NCBI GenBank assembly: GCA_963693365.1
Contig: CAVNZM010000007.1
Coordinates: forward strand, 4,709,962-4,773,961
From: Amoebidium appalachense
Lineage: Eukaryota > Protista > Ichthyosporea
Length of the DNA: 64,000 nt
Reading direction: 5' to 3'
Below are positions 24,095 to 37,034 of this stretch, piece by piece. Below the pieces are notes generated by a model that was given only the letters and a program-made list of their open reading frames with translations, searched no databases and was not told the origin of the DNA. How positions within the stretch are numbered: the first letter of the stretch is position 1; each line of letters starts with the position of its first letter. The translations under genes were made by a program, and so were the position numbers.

Positions 24095-25050
24095 ATGTGG
24101 CGTGCAGCACGTGTGTGCATGCAGTGTGTATGTGTGTTGCGTGTATGTATGTGGCGTGCAGCACATGTGTGTGTGCATGCAGTGTGTATGTGTGTTACGT
24201 GTATGTATGTGGCGTGCAGCACATGTGTGTGTGCATGCAGTGTGTATGTGTGTTACGTGTACGTATGTGGCGTGCAGCACATGTGTGTGTGCATGCAGTG
24301 TGTTTGTGTGTTACGTGTATGTATGTGGCGTGCAGCACATGTGTGTGTGCATGCAGTGTGTATGTGTGTTACGTGTACGTATGTGGCGTGCAGCACATGT
24401 GTGTGCATGCAGTGGTTACGTGTGTTACGTGTATGTATGTGGCGTGCAGCACATGTGTGTGCATGCAGTGTGTATGTGTGTTACGTGTATGTATGTGGCG
24501 TGCAGCACATGTGTGTGCATGCAGTGTGTATGTGTGTTACGTGTATGTATGTGGCGTGCAGCACATGTGTGTGCATGCAGTGGTTATGTGTGTTACGTGT
24601 ATGTATGTGGCGTGCAGCACATGTGTGTGTATGCAGTGTGTATGTGTGTTACGTGTATGTATGTGGCGTGCAGCACGTGTGTGCATGCAGTGTGTATGTG
24701 TGTTACGTGTATGTATGTGGCGTGCAGCACATGTGTGTGTGCATGCAGTGTGTATGTGTGTTACGTGCACGTATGTGGCGTGCAGCACATGTGTGTGCAT
24801 GCAGTGGTTATGTGTGTTACGTGTATGTATGTGGCGTGCAGCACGTGTGTGTGCATGCAGGTGTATGTGTGTTACGTGTATGTATGTGGCGTGCAGCACA
24901 TGTGTGTGTGCATGCAGTGTGTATGTGTGTTACGTGTATGTATGTGGCGTGCAGCACATGTGTGTGCATGCAGTGTGTATGTGTGTTACGTGTATGTATG
25001 TGGCGTGCAGCACATGTGTGTGCATGCAGTGCGTATGTGTCTTACGTGTG
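24095..25050. repeat. ~52-54 bp minisatellite
   Basis: Tandem gtgtatgtatgtggcgtgcagcacatgtgtgtgcatgcagtgtgtatgtgtgttac units. Confidence 0.9.
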
Positions 25051-25319
25051 TGCACGTGTGTGACTGTGCGCCCGCTTGGTGCACGTGCGTACGTGTGCTC
25101 TTGATTGTGTGTGTCGGACGTGCATTGTTGTTTGTGTGTGTGTGCGTGTGTGCACACGGTGTCCCTGCATGTCACCGTGTGCTTTTGCACTTATATCAAA
25201 GATGACCTCATAGCAGATGATCCCTACATCTGCTGCCTCCCCCCAGCCTCCTCCACCCCCCCCACCCCCACCCCCACCCCCCTAAGGCTTTCTCCGGTAG
25301 TCTTATTGCATATATAACC

Positions 25320-25364
<45 letters not shown>

Positions 25365-25553
25365 ACTAATGTTGATTGGGTATAGCCCCCCCCCAATGAT
25401 CCCAGTTGCGTTTAGCCCCCCCTACCCCGTCCCTTTGAATTGTTGGATGCGATTAGCCCCCCCTCCCTCCCCCCCCCTCCCCCTGCCCCTGCCTCCCCCC
25501 TCCCCCCCTCCCCCCGAATGATCTAAACGTTGCCCCTCTTTCCCTCCTCCCCC

Positions 25554-25591
<38 letters not shown>

Positions 25592-25811
25592 TTTTCAAAG
25601 CCCCCTTTCCTCCCCCTCGAGCTCCTCTCCCCCCTCCCCCCAATGATAACCTTTGCATCCAAATCAACGCCGGTGTGCACGCGCCCGCGCGTGCCTGCCC
25701 CCCCCCCCCACACACACACACACATCACAGCGGTGCAGTCACTACCACTATACACACTATACCACCACACGCACCAACTTGTACCCCCCTCAAAAAATAC
25801 ACATACACACA

Positions 25812-25904
<93 letters not shown>

Positions 25905-26557
25905 ATATGCGTGAGCGTAAGCACACTGCACACACACATCACGGGGGAGGGGAGGGGGGAAGGGGGGAGGGGGGCACCCACTGGTGCAACCAACCCAGCA
26001 TAGCACCATCTCATATTTAGTGGTTGAGGGATTATGGGTTTGGGGGACATATGGGGTGTCTGATTAAGCACCGGGAGGAAGGGGGGGAGCGGGGGGAGGG
26101 GGGGGGGGGGCTACCATACATGATGTACGTGTGTACATGTGTGAAGGTGTGTGTGTGTGTGTGTGTGTGTGCTTAATGGTTGGGCAGGGATCATGGGTGT
26201 GGGGCAACTTGGGAAAGCATGTTAATTTCAACACCAGGGAAAAGGTGGGGAGGGAGGGAGTGGAGCTACCACACCTGTGTAGGTGTGCACATGTGTGTGT
26301 GTGTGGTGTGTGTTTGTGTGTGTGTGCCAGTTGTCCCCTGGATATCTCACAGTCCCCTTTCCCCTCCTCTCCCCTTAAATGGGTCCCTCTAAAGACAAGA
26401 GTTGCAAGAATATGCCCCTCACCCATCATGGAAGTTCCACCAGTTAAACATGGGATTTGGCATGTAAATGTTATCCTATACCCTCACCACCCCCCTCCCC
26501 TAGGCCTCCTCCCCACCCACCCACCCACACACCCACCACACCCCACACACGCACTCT

Positions 26558-26588
<31 letters not shown>

Positions 26589-27287
26589 ACAAACACACGT
26601 GTACACACATCCAAACACGCACACACCGCCCACCCATTGCATAGAGCTTAATCATTCATAATCTTGTATGGCCCAAGCACAGCACGGCCACAGTGCAGGA
26701 AACTGAAGGAGGCTGAGAGGATTTCGGAGACATTGGAGAGCCGGGGGGGGGGGGGGGGGGGGGGGGAGGGGGGGGGGAGGGGGGGAGAAAATGGGGAGGG
26801 GGGGGGAGGGGGGGGAGGGGAGGGGCAAATGGGGGGGCCAGGGGGGGGGGGGGGGGGGCGGGGGGGGGGGAGGGGATGCCTCTGGTGCAGGACCTGCGAT
26901 ATGCCACATATGTTTCTGATCAATTATATTCCAGTGACGCCCATGCAATGTGTCGCTGCTCTTGTTGGTTCGAATCGACATAATCGGTTACCGTACCTTT
27001 GAACTTATCCCTTTTTAAAATTTTTTTTAAACTTATTCTTATTAAAAATTTTCCTACTAAAATTTATTCTTATTTTGAGCGTAGCAAGAGTCCAGTTCCT
27101 GCAAGATATATCTATACTCAACCATTTACGAATGGCTCGTTTTTTTAAAAAAAATTCGGCGCTAGATTATCAGCTGTTACGTGCACTACAATAACATTGT
27201 CTCACATGTACACTCGATCATCTTACATGGTCCTAAATTAAATTTTCATTCGAACTGTTCAAAGACATCTTATTACGCATCAATATT

Positions 27288-28421
27288 CTACGGTAATGTC
27301 TCAGCTATCTTTTGCCTCTGCGCCGGGGTGAGGTTTGTCGGCAGCGGCACCTTAAAGTGCACTACCAGGTCCCCCCTGCCGCCGGCCTTTTTGGGCATGC
27401 CGCGCCCCCCAAACACCTTCGTGCCCGGCTGCAGCACCGCCCCCGCCACTGTTTGCAGCGGCTGGCCGTCGATTGTGGGCACGCTGACGGCCTTTCCGAG
27501 CAGCGCGTCCTTGAGCGGCACCGTCACGCTGCACTGGAGGTTGTCCCCGGCCCGCGTGAACACAGGGTGAGGTTTCTGCCGCACCACAAACACAACGTCC
27601 TGCGGGGGCTGGTGCGCACGCACGTCACCCGCGCCGTCAAAGCGCACCTTTGTGCCCTCCTTCCAGCCCGCCCGCACGTCGACCTCCATGATCTTGGCCT
27701 CCTGCTGCGCCTGGCCCGTGACCGGGTCGTCCACAGTTCGTGTGATCTTCATCTTCTTTCGGGCGCCCCCATACAGCTCCTCGAGCGTGCAGTTGAGGGG
27801 GTGCACCACCTCCATGTTCTTGGCCCTCCGCCCGCCCCCAAACCCGTCGCCCATGTGCACGTCGTCGTCTCCCGTCAGGTCAAATGGGTGCTGCTGGCTG
27901 CCCATCCCCCCAAACTTTGTGCCGCCCGGGCGCATGTTCATGCGTGGACCCCTGCGCTGTTTCATGTTGGGCTGGGCCCCGCCCAGCAGGTCTGCAAAGC
28001 CGCCTGCGCCGCCAAACATTTGCGCAAAAATGTTGTCTGCGTCCTGCTGCGAGAAGTGGTAGCTGCCGCCGTTGCCGCCCTCATTGCCGCCGAAGAAGAA
28101 CATGTTGGGCCCTCCCCGCGGCCCAAATCCGCCCGGGAAGCCAGAGGGCCCGGCCGAGCTGTGGGAGGGGTCTGGCATGCCGCCCTTCAGGCCCTCCTCG
28201 CCGTACATGTCGTAGATTTGCCTCTTTTTGGGGTCCGAGAGCACGTCGTATGCCTCGGAGATCTCTTGGAATTTCTGGGTGGCGGCCTCCTTGTTGTTTG
28301 TGTTCTTGTCGGGGTGCCACTTCATGGCCAGCTTGCGGTAGGCCTTTTTGAGCGCATCCTCATCAGAGCAGCCCTTGGGCACGCCCAGAATCGAATAGTA
28401 GTCTTTGCCACCTACGGCCAT
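27288..28421 (-). CDS. Class B J-protein (Hsp40, DNAJB1/4/5- or Sis1-like), intronless, 377 aa
   Basis: [14 protein letters not shown], a J domain with WHPDKN, a G/F-rich linker and C-terminal domains ([33 protein letters not shown]). There is no zinc finger. Confidence 0.93.
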   Translation of the reverse strand: MAVGGKDYYSILGVPKGCSDEDALKKAYRKLAMKWHPDKNTNNKEAATQKFQEISEAYDVLSDPKKRQIYDMYGEEGLKGGMPDPSHSSAGPSGFPGGFGPRGGPNMFFFGGNEGGNGGSYHFSQQDADNIFAQMFGGAGGFADLLGGAQPNMKQRRGPRMNMRPGGTKFGGMGSQQHPFDLTGDDDVHMGDGFGGGRRAKNMEVVHPLNCTLEELYGGARKKMKITRTVDDPVTGQAQQEAKIMEVDVRAGWKEGTKVRFDGAGDVRAHQPPQDVVFVVRQKPHPVFTRAGDNLQCSVTVPLKDALLGKAVSVPTIDGQPLQTVAGAVLQPGTKVFGGRGMPKKAGGRGDLVVHFKVPLPTNLTPAQRQKIAETLP

Positions 28422-28617
28422 TTTTGCCGGTATATAGAAAAGGTATAAAAAGTTTTTATGATTGGTTCTGATGGCTATTTCATACAATGACAAGATATCT
28501 TATTGAGCGGTTCTGACTCAGTGACTGCTTGTGTTTGCCCCCTCCCCTATGTTTGATTCGGGTGCTCAACTGTTTTCGAAGTGAAAGTTTGACGGCGGCT
28601 CTACTGGTGGGATCGAG

Positions 28618-28963
28618 TTTATATACCCGCACTGAGGAATGTATGGAAAGATCCAGAAATTTGCTGATTGGTTCTCGAGAAAAGCAGTCAGAATCCCGAA
28701 CATTCCGAAATGTTCCCGAAAGTGCCGCACATTGCGTTTGAACATGCTAATACACTGAATTTCCGAATATTATCAGAAAATAGTTCAATACGTATATATA
28801 ATATATATGTTCTTCAGTATTGCTTTTTGTAATGGCCACCAAGAGAAGAGAGTAGCAAGACGCCTGAACACAAAAAAACAAGCTGCCCAATCAAATAAGC
28901 GCGTGCAACTGTGGTTTGATTGGTCGAGAAAGAAACCTGCTTGCACCGCACGGCTATATAAAG
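28618..28963. promoter_or_regulatory. Bidirectional promoter with heat-shock elements, CCAAT and TATA boxes
   Basis: Alternating nGAAn array cGAAc aTTCc gaAAt gTTCc cGAAa at 28697-28721 and a weaker one near 28645. Outward-facing TATA boxes at ~28618-28625 (minus) and ~28955-28962 (plus). CCAAT/ATTGG boxes near 28666, 28887 and 28918. Confidence 0.7.
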
Positions 28964-29130
28964 CCGTACCTGGATGCCCAGGACCGTGAACAGAATCAGT
29001 CAGAACTCAGAAGTTGAACAAAATTTGCAAGCAAGAATTATTCATTGAAAGATTGTATTTTCCAAAACTCGACAGAAACCAATAATAGATATTAACCAAA
29101 AAAAAAAGCCATTAGCATTGTATTGACAAC

Positions 29131-30093
29131 ATGAGTTTCTTGTTTGAAAACCCACACAGTGCATGGCCACATGTACACTATGGCAACAGCTACCCACGCT
29201 ATGTGGCCGAAGACGACATGTATGGGTCCCCCTTTGGCCCCTTCTGGCAGCCAGCGTACGGGCGGCCCAGCCACCACGACAGCCAGCAGCCGGCATACTT
29301 GCAGGCCATGAGAGCGAGGGCCCGGGAGCAGGCCGAACATGCACGTGCACAAAGACAGACGGAAGAGTTGGAGCAGGCACATAGCCAACGCTACTTGGAG
29401 CAGCTGCTCAAGCACATGCCACCACATTCAACACACGTGAATGCGCATGTGGATATGCCCCCTGAGGACCATCCTACACCAATGGATGTTGTGCCCGACA
29501 CCCCGGCTTCAACCCCGGCCGCAATGGAAGCGTGTAACAAAGCGACCCCAACCACGTACACAATAGACCACCTGACACAGTCAAAACTTCGCAACCACCG
29601 CCCAACCAAAGCTGAGCGGCGCAGGCAGCGTCAAGCAGCCACGACCATCCAAAGATGGTGGCGTGGTGTGCAGGCACAGAGGGACACAGCCATGCCCGAT
29701 GCCACCGCCACCACCACTTGTGCAGGCAGGAGGGAGGAGGCGGCACGAGTCATCACACGAGCAGTGCGCAAGGTGGCCGCCCAAAAAACAAACGCCAGAG
29801 CACTGGGGCAAATCCAAAAGCTCAGCGGCATAGTGGCCGAGGCAGACGCACTGCGCGCAGAGTTTTACGACAAAGTCTTCACCAAACCGGTGTATAACGA
29901 TAAGGGAAAGGTCAACTATGCGCTGTTGGGGTATGTGGACATGCTGGAGAAGCTGATCCTCAGGACGGACGACATCCCAACGTACGGCCAGGTGCGTGTG
30001 CGGCAGCAGCGCAAAGCCACGGTCAGACACATTCAGTCGCTGCTGGATGAGGCAGACAGCTACAGGCAGGGCGGCCCTCAACCTGTCGCATGA
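29131..30093 (+). CDS. BAG-domain co-chaperone with IQ calmodulin-binding motif, intronless, 320 aa
   Basis: IQRWWRGVQAQR is a canonical IQxxxRGxxxR motif. The C-terminal LLGYVDMLEKLILRTDDI...VRQQRKATVRHIQSLLDEAD matches the BAG domain pattern. Confidence 0.8.
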   Translation: MSFLFENPHSAWPHVHYGNSYPRYVAEDDMYGSPFGPFWQPAYGRPSHHDSQQPAYLQAMRARAREQAEHARAQRQTEELEQAHSQRYLEQLLKHMPPHSTHVNAHVDMPPEDHPTPMDVVPDTPASTPAAMEACNKATPTTYTIDHLTQSKLRNHRPTKAERRRQRQAATTIQRWWRGVQAQRDTAMPDATATTTCAGRREEAARVITRAVRKVAAQKTNARALGQIQKLSGIVAEADALRAEFYDKVFTKPVYNDKGKVNYALLGYVDMLEKLILRTDDIPTYGQVRVRQQRKATVRHIQSLLDEADSYRQGGPQPVA

Positions 30094-31041
30094 AACACAT
30101 AGCCGAACAACGCTGGTTATCTTTGACAAGCATGTTATTATGCATCTTTCAGGCGTTTGCGGGCTGCAGAGAGAAAACAATGTATACGTATGACATTTAA
30201 TCATAACCTTAACCGACTGCTAATAATCGTAACTGGTGACCAGCTATTCATGACCAAATGCTAAAAATCACGACGACAAAGGGTGCTGGACACCCCAATA
30301 AATAGTTCAATGTGTTTCACTGATTATGCGTGAATGAGTGGAATGCAGCATATCATCATGTTTGTAAGAATGTTTGTGTTTGTCTCTCTACCCGGCGTTA
30401 TCTCTCTCTGCCAATGCCTGTGAACGTGTAAGTGCGTGTGTGTGCGCATGTGCGTGTGCATATATCTAATGTGTGTCCTCTCTCCCTCCATCCGCCCGCA
30501 TGGCCCCTCATCCCCTACACACAAACACACGCACACACACACACGCACACGCCTTGACTCCCCCTGCCCCCATTGACCCCCGGGGGCCGCCCTTCCCCCC
30601 ATGCATAGCTTCTCTCTCTAGGCTCTCTCTTGCTATCATCACTCTATCCCTGCGTGTGCCTGTGCATGTGCATATGTTTTTGTTTGTATGTATGTATGTG
30701 TGCACCCTCGCTCGTGTCATGTACATACATCTTGTGCGCACATGCATGTGCGCACGCGAATGTCTGAGCTGTACATGTAATTTAGAACTTGTGTGGTCGA
30801 ACGGTATGTGCATGCTCTGATGTATGTGAGTGTGTGTGACTGTGTGTTTGTGTGTGTGTGTGTGGGTGGGTGTGTGTGTGCGCGCACGCGCGCGCGCGTG
30901 TGTGAAACATGTCTCCGTCTGGGTGTTTCATTGGGACGGCGCCACACTGTCCGTGTTTGTACGCATACGTATGAACATTTGTACATATTGTGGCGATTGT
31001 TTGTGTGTGATTTGTGCATGGTTTATGTGTGTGACTGTCAC

Positions 31042-31138
<97 letters not shown>

Positions 31139-31173
31139 GTGTGTGTGTGTGCGTCTGTGTGTGTGCGTCTGTG

Positions 31174-31251
<78 letters not shown>

Positions 31252-32156
31252 TGTGTGCGCGTGTCGCTCACAAAATACTCGTATCGCTTCTGCACAACCA
31301 CTCGTGTTATCACGTGTACAATTGTGACTACTGGACACGTGACATGCATGCCCGGCGGATGTGGCCATGGCATGCCCATGTGGGCCAGGTGATGACCAAT
31401 TGCTACATTTACTCATTGGTGCGGGTGTATGCTGTTGCATTGCCATTGATGCGCGCATAAGTACGGTTTGAACCGGAGAGAGATGTGAAGTAAATCTAAG
31501 TCAAGCATAGAGAAGCGCAGTAGCAGTCTATGTGTGTAGCACATTACATTCTCGCCTGTATGCATCACGTCGAACAGAGCCTCCGAGTCCAAGCTGCTCC
31601 AACAACTCACAAGGCAAGAGGAAGTTGGTCATGCCTTTTTAAGTTAACCCTCTACACCAATCAAAAGATCTAATCTATTTTATTCAAAGTATTTGCGACT
31701 GTTTATTGGCCAACAACTCTGCGTAAACCTGAATGCCGTTTACTTTTGAGGCAGAGCATGACGGCGGGGCCAGACTTGAACACGGCAGTACTACTGTACT
31801 AGAACTTCGCGAAGTCTCTAACACAAACAAAATCTAGAGTTACAGGCAGACAAACCCCGAAAGCGTGGTTTATTTCTCTAGTTTCTCTTATTAGTTTAAA
31901 CGTTGTTTTGGCCCTGTTCGTTTAAAGAGACAAGATCAGTAACCACACCACACCACGCCATATGCCCACCACCCCAGCCATAACTGCCAGAAACAATTTG
32001 CAGGTGTAGGGAGTGTAGGGGCACCCAATTTCCCTTGGGATCTGTGCCTGAGAGGCACATCCCTCCACACCGTCTAATACCAGCTTAGTAGCCCTCACAG
32101 CCACGTCACCCCCTCACTGCATTGGTTTTTTTGTTGGTTTTTTTGCACACAGCAAC

Positions 32157-32948
32157 ATGCTTCCACCCCTCCTCCAGGCACCGGGCTCTAGCGAGGGCTT
32201 TGACGCCCTGACAAGAACAGAACTGCCCCACATACCTGCCCCAGAACTCATACCCCCCAGCATAGCACACACACAGACGCATGCGGAGACGGACACACAC
32301 ATGGAGCCACACACGCGCACAGAGCACATGCTGGAGCACAACATGCACACGGACTCGCAGTCAGACACAGAGGGTGTTGCCCTGCTAGCGAGCTACCACG
32401 AGACAGTACACGAGGCACAGGGGCAGTCGGAGCCGGAAGAGTCCGGGAAAAACATTGGAAAGGTAGGGGCCAAGAGGAAAACAGGGCCCAAGCCAAGCAG
32501 CGCCAAGCAGAGGAGACTGACAAACAACGAGAGATTGGAGATATTCCGGCTGAAGAAGCAGGGTGTCAGTTATGGCAAGATAGCAGCGAGATATGGCGTG
32601 TCAAAGACGGCAGTGTGCAAGCTGATAAAGAGCGAACGATTGGCAATGGCGCTTGTTGATGGCGATGGCGCTGTCAGGAGTAATCGCGCACCGAGATTTC
32701 TAGATGTGGAGGAGGCATTGGTTGCATGGATAGAATTTCAGAGAAAAGTGTTGCAGGAGGATGTTGGGATGGCGGCCATAAAGGAGAAGGCACTTGAAAT
32801 TGCACAGGGAAAGGGCATGGGAGGGTTTAAGGCGTCGGACAAGTGGTTTGCAAGTTTTGTGAAGAGGAGGGACCTAGGGGGGGAGAAGGAGAGGCATGCG
32901 GGAGAGACTTTTGATGAAGAGGAACTGACGGTACGTGTTTGTGTGTGT

Positions 32949-33032
<84 letters not shown>

Positions 33033-33719
33033 GTGCATGCGCGCGGCCGCGCGAGTATGTGGGTATGTGGGTGGGTGTTTATTTCTTATCTTTCCTATTG
33101 CCGTTCCCTTCTGTTCACTCACCTTCTTTTCTCTTTAGGTTTTGGGGGAGGGGGAGGGGGAGGGGGGGTTGAAGACACGATGCGGAGCACGTGTGTCTGG
33201 ATGGGTGTGGATGGGCCGGGAGGCCTTGTGACAGGAGAAGAAAGGGGGGGGGGGGGGGGGGGGGGGGAGGGGGGTATGTGGGGATTGGGGTGTGTGGGTG
33301 GTGATAGCGGCGGCGGTGGTGGTTGGGGGGGGGGGGGGAGGGGGGGGTTGGTTACTGAAGAAAGTGTTGGTCTTTGCTTGGGAGCTCCCCCACCCCCCCA
33401 CCCCCCCTTTCCTCACCCCCTCCTTCCCTTTCTTCCCCCTCTTACAACTATCCCCTTTACCCCCCCCCCCCCCCCCCCCCCCATATCCCCCACATGTTTG
33501 GTTGCACACACGGCTCACCCCCCCTGTTCTGTGTGCAGAGGCAAAATAACCCCAGTGGCGTGGTTGAACTATTTCCGTCCATGCACCCCGAGGCACGGTG
33601 GCTGCAGATGCCCAGTGAGAGGCAGCCGGAGCAGACACAGAACGGTTACATGGTCTACCCGGTATGTGGCAGGGTGGGGAAGAACGTGGGATTTAGTTTT
33701 ATTTTTTGTTTTCTTTTTC

Positions 33720-33750
<31 letters not shown>

Positions 33751-33821
33751 GGAGGGGGGGGGGGGGGAGGGGGGGGGGGCTGCGGGTGGGGGGGGGGGGA
33801 GGGGGGGGAAGGGGGGTTTAT

Positions 33822-33852
<31 letters not shown>

Positions 33853-34503
33853 GAGGGACGGGGGGTGGGAGGGGGGAGGGGGGGGGGGGGAAGGAGAGGG
33901 AGGGAGGGGATAGGTGGGTGGTTGGTGGTGGGTGTGGTGTGGGTAGGGGGGGGGGGTTGGTTTGAGTAAGTGGGTGGGTGGGTGGTAGATGGTTGGGGGG
34001 ATTTGGGTGGGCGGGTGGTGGGGGATGGGGGTTTACCTTATTGCTTCTTCCCACTCAAAATTGGCTGTGTAGGGCAGGATCGAATGGAAAAAGCGGTAGA
34101 ATCAACATCAAAAAAACCAAATCTGTTTACTGACCTGTCTGGGGCTATGGGGTGTCAGGATGCAGGCACAGACTTTTGGCGCAACACATTCTACCGCCCA
34201 AAGGTCATCAAGGTGAGACTTACCCCCCCCCCCCCCCCCCCCCCCCCCCATACACACACACATACACAAACCACCATCACTATACACGCACACACTTTGT
34301 TTCTGGTGATGATTGTAGTTTTCGTTACAGCTTTTACAAGCTGATGTTTGTTCTTGAAAAGGAGGGCAGGGGAGAAGGGGAGGGGGGGAGGGTGGGTGGG
34401 TGGAGAGAGGGGAATATGCCGTTTGGGTTCAGTAATAATTATCTGCGCTTGTTGCTTCCCACCCATGCTCTTTGCAAGAGTTTGTTATGCTGTCTTCGTG
34501 AAA

Positions 34504-34547
<44 letters not shown>

Positions 34548-34814
34548 ACCCACCCACAGACACACACCAAAAAAAGAAGAAAGAAAGAAAAAAAGAAAGA
34601 AAAATAAGGACAAGCCTATGCGCACTGCCCGTCCTCCCCCCCCCTTCCCCCCCGCCCTCTCACGCAAGCATGTTCTGTACACACACAAACATATGTACAC
34701 GAAAACACACGCACACACACGCACATCCACATACACGCACATGCACGCACACGCACATCCACATACACGCACATGCACGCACACACATGCAAGCGCGCGC
34801 ACACACACACACGC

Positions 34815-34848
<34 letters not shown>

Positions 34849-34960
34849 TCTCACTGTGTGTTTTTGCAGGACAATGGGCACTTCCTGCACTTTGATGCGG
34901 GATTAGCAGACATGATGGTCGAGGTTGACCTGACCCTGCTGGCAGAGGGCCACTCCGAGC

Positions 34961-35044
<84 letters not shown>

Positions 35045-35050
35045 ATGTGC

Positions 35051-35083
<33 letters not shown>

Positions 35084-35084
35084 A

Positions 35085-35121
<37 letters not shown>

Positions 35122-35751
35122 CGTGCGTGCGTGTATGTGTGATGCCGTGCATTGGTGTGTGTGTATGTGCCTGTGCATGTTTGTGCCTGTGTGTAGGTGT
35201 GGATGTGGGCGCCCTTGCCTGCATAGCTGTGTCCGTGCATGTGTGTGTGCGTGTGGGTAGGTGCGGATGTGTATATGCGTGTGTGGGTCTGGTCATACGA
35301 TGCCTGAAAGTAAGTCCGTTTTTTGTCGGGTTGTATCCATTGCACTAAGTCTAGGTGGGCATAAAAGCTCAGCTAAGATTGCTTCCATTCAGGCGGGGCT
35401 AGCTAATTAGGCACACCGCTGACATGCAGCCAATCAAGGCACATAGCTGACATGCAGCCAATCAGGCGGGACTAAATAATTAGGCGCACAGCTGACATGC
35501 AGCCAATCAGGCGGGGCTGACTATTTAGGCACATAGCTGACATGCAGCCAACCAGGCGGGGCTAAGTAATTAGGCACATAGCTGACATGCAGCCAATCAG
35601 GCGGGGCTGATGGTGCGTGGCAACAGCAGCAACTGGCTCAAGGCCGGGCTAGTCTTTAATGGCGGCAGCTATTGGCTCAGCTCCGTCGTCACAAGAGACG
35701 GCTTCTCCGACGGCGCCACACACGTATCCCCCCCCCCCCCCCCCCCCCTCC

Positions 35752-35839
<88 letters not shown>

Positions 35840-36604
35840 AACACACACACACGCATACACAATCCGATACTGTGGACGACCGTGCCCCCCTGGTGAGTAT
35901 GGGCCCTGAGTACATGATGTATGCTCCTTGTGCATGTTTTTTTTCTGCAATAAATGTTTTGTGTTGTCCGCCACGAATATTGACTTCGTGCTCCATACCA
36001 CATCCCCCCTCCTTCCCCCCCCCCCCCCCCCCCCCCTCCCCCCTCCCTCTTCCCGCCTCCCCCCCCCCCCCCCCCCCCCCCACTCTCCAAATGACTTCGG
36101 CCCCCCCTGAAGATGGGCTCTGCTTATGTTGCATACTCTTTTTGTGTGATTTGCACACTGCATTGTCTGGTCAGCCCGCCATGTTTTTTTCGTTCTCTGT
36201 ATCCCATTTCCCCCCCTCTCCCAGCAACACACACACACACACACGTACTCAGCCATGGGTTCTAACCTCCTCCCCCCTCCTCCCCCCCTCCCCCCTTTCC
36301 CCTTTCCTATGTCAGTGGGAGGTAGAGTCACGTCAGCGGCTGCGCATAGTACGTGTGGGGCACAGCAGCTACGTGCTGCAGGCATGTGCCAGCGACCAGC
36401 AGCAGTGGGCTATTTTTAGAACATGCCACATGCAGCATGATAGGGTAATAGTGTTCTCCCCAAGCACACACACACGTTCTCGTGCACACACACATACATA
36501 CAGACATGTAAACACAGACAAACACAACCGCACAGGCACACACACACACATACATACAGACATGTAAACACAGACAAACACAACCGCACAGGCACACACA
36601 CACA

Positions 36605-36652
<48 letters not shown>

Positions 36653-36804
36653 GCACGAGATGTCAACGAATCGGAGCCCGTTCTCATGTGTAGACATACA
36701 ACTATCTTGTGATGGACTCTGTTCAGGAATGGCCATTTTTTCTGCACGTTTCGATTTCCTCCGTGTGACCGTCGGTCTCCGAGGCTTTCAGCTATATTGA
36801 ATGC

Positions 36805-36853
<49 letters not shown>

Positions 36854-36986
36854 CCCCCCCAGGGGTCCACCCAACCAGTGCTGCCTGCCCACGGCACACA
36901 TAAGCACTCGCACAAACAAACTGGCAACTCCTGCCTCCCCACCTACACCAACATCACATCCAGACCCACACACGCATGAATTCACG

Positions 36987-37034
<48 letters not shown>

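Noticed and set aside
35283-35309. Putative micro-exon VGLVIRCLK with a gtaagt donor
   Set aside because: No in-frame AG acceptor, and the exon starting at 35601 already supplies the conserved AGLMVR.
36660-36800. Alternative last exon of the HTH-DUF1349 gene
   Set aside because: Exon 37079-37180 fits the family C-terminus better (MGTYSCAP); this segment is more likely an intronic insertion.
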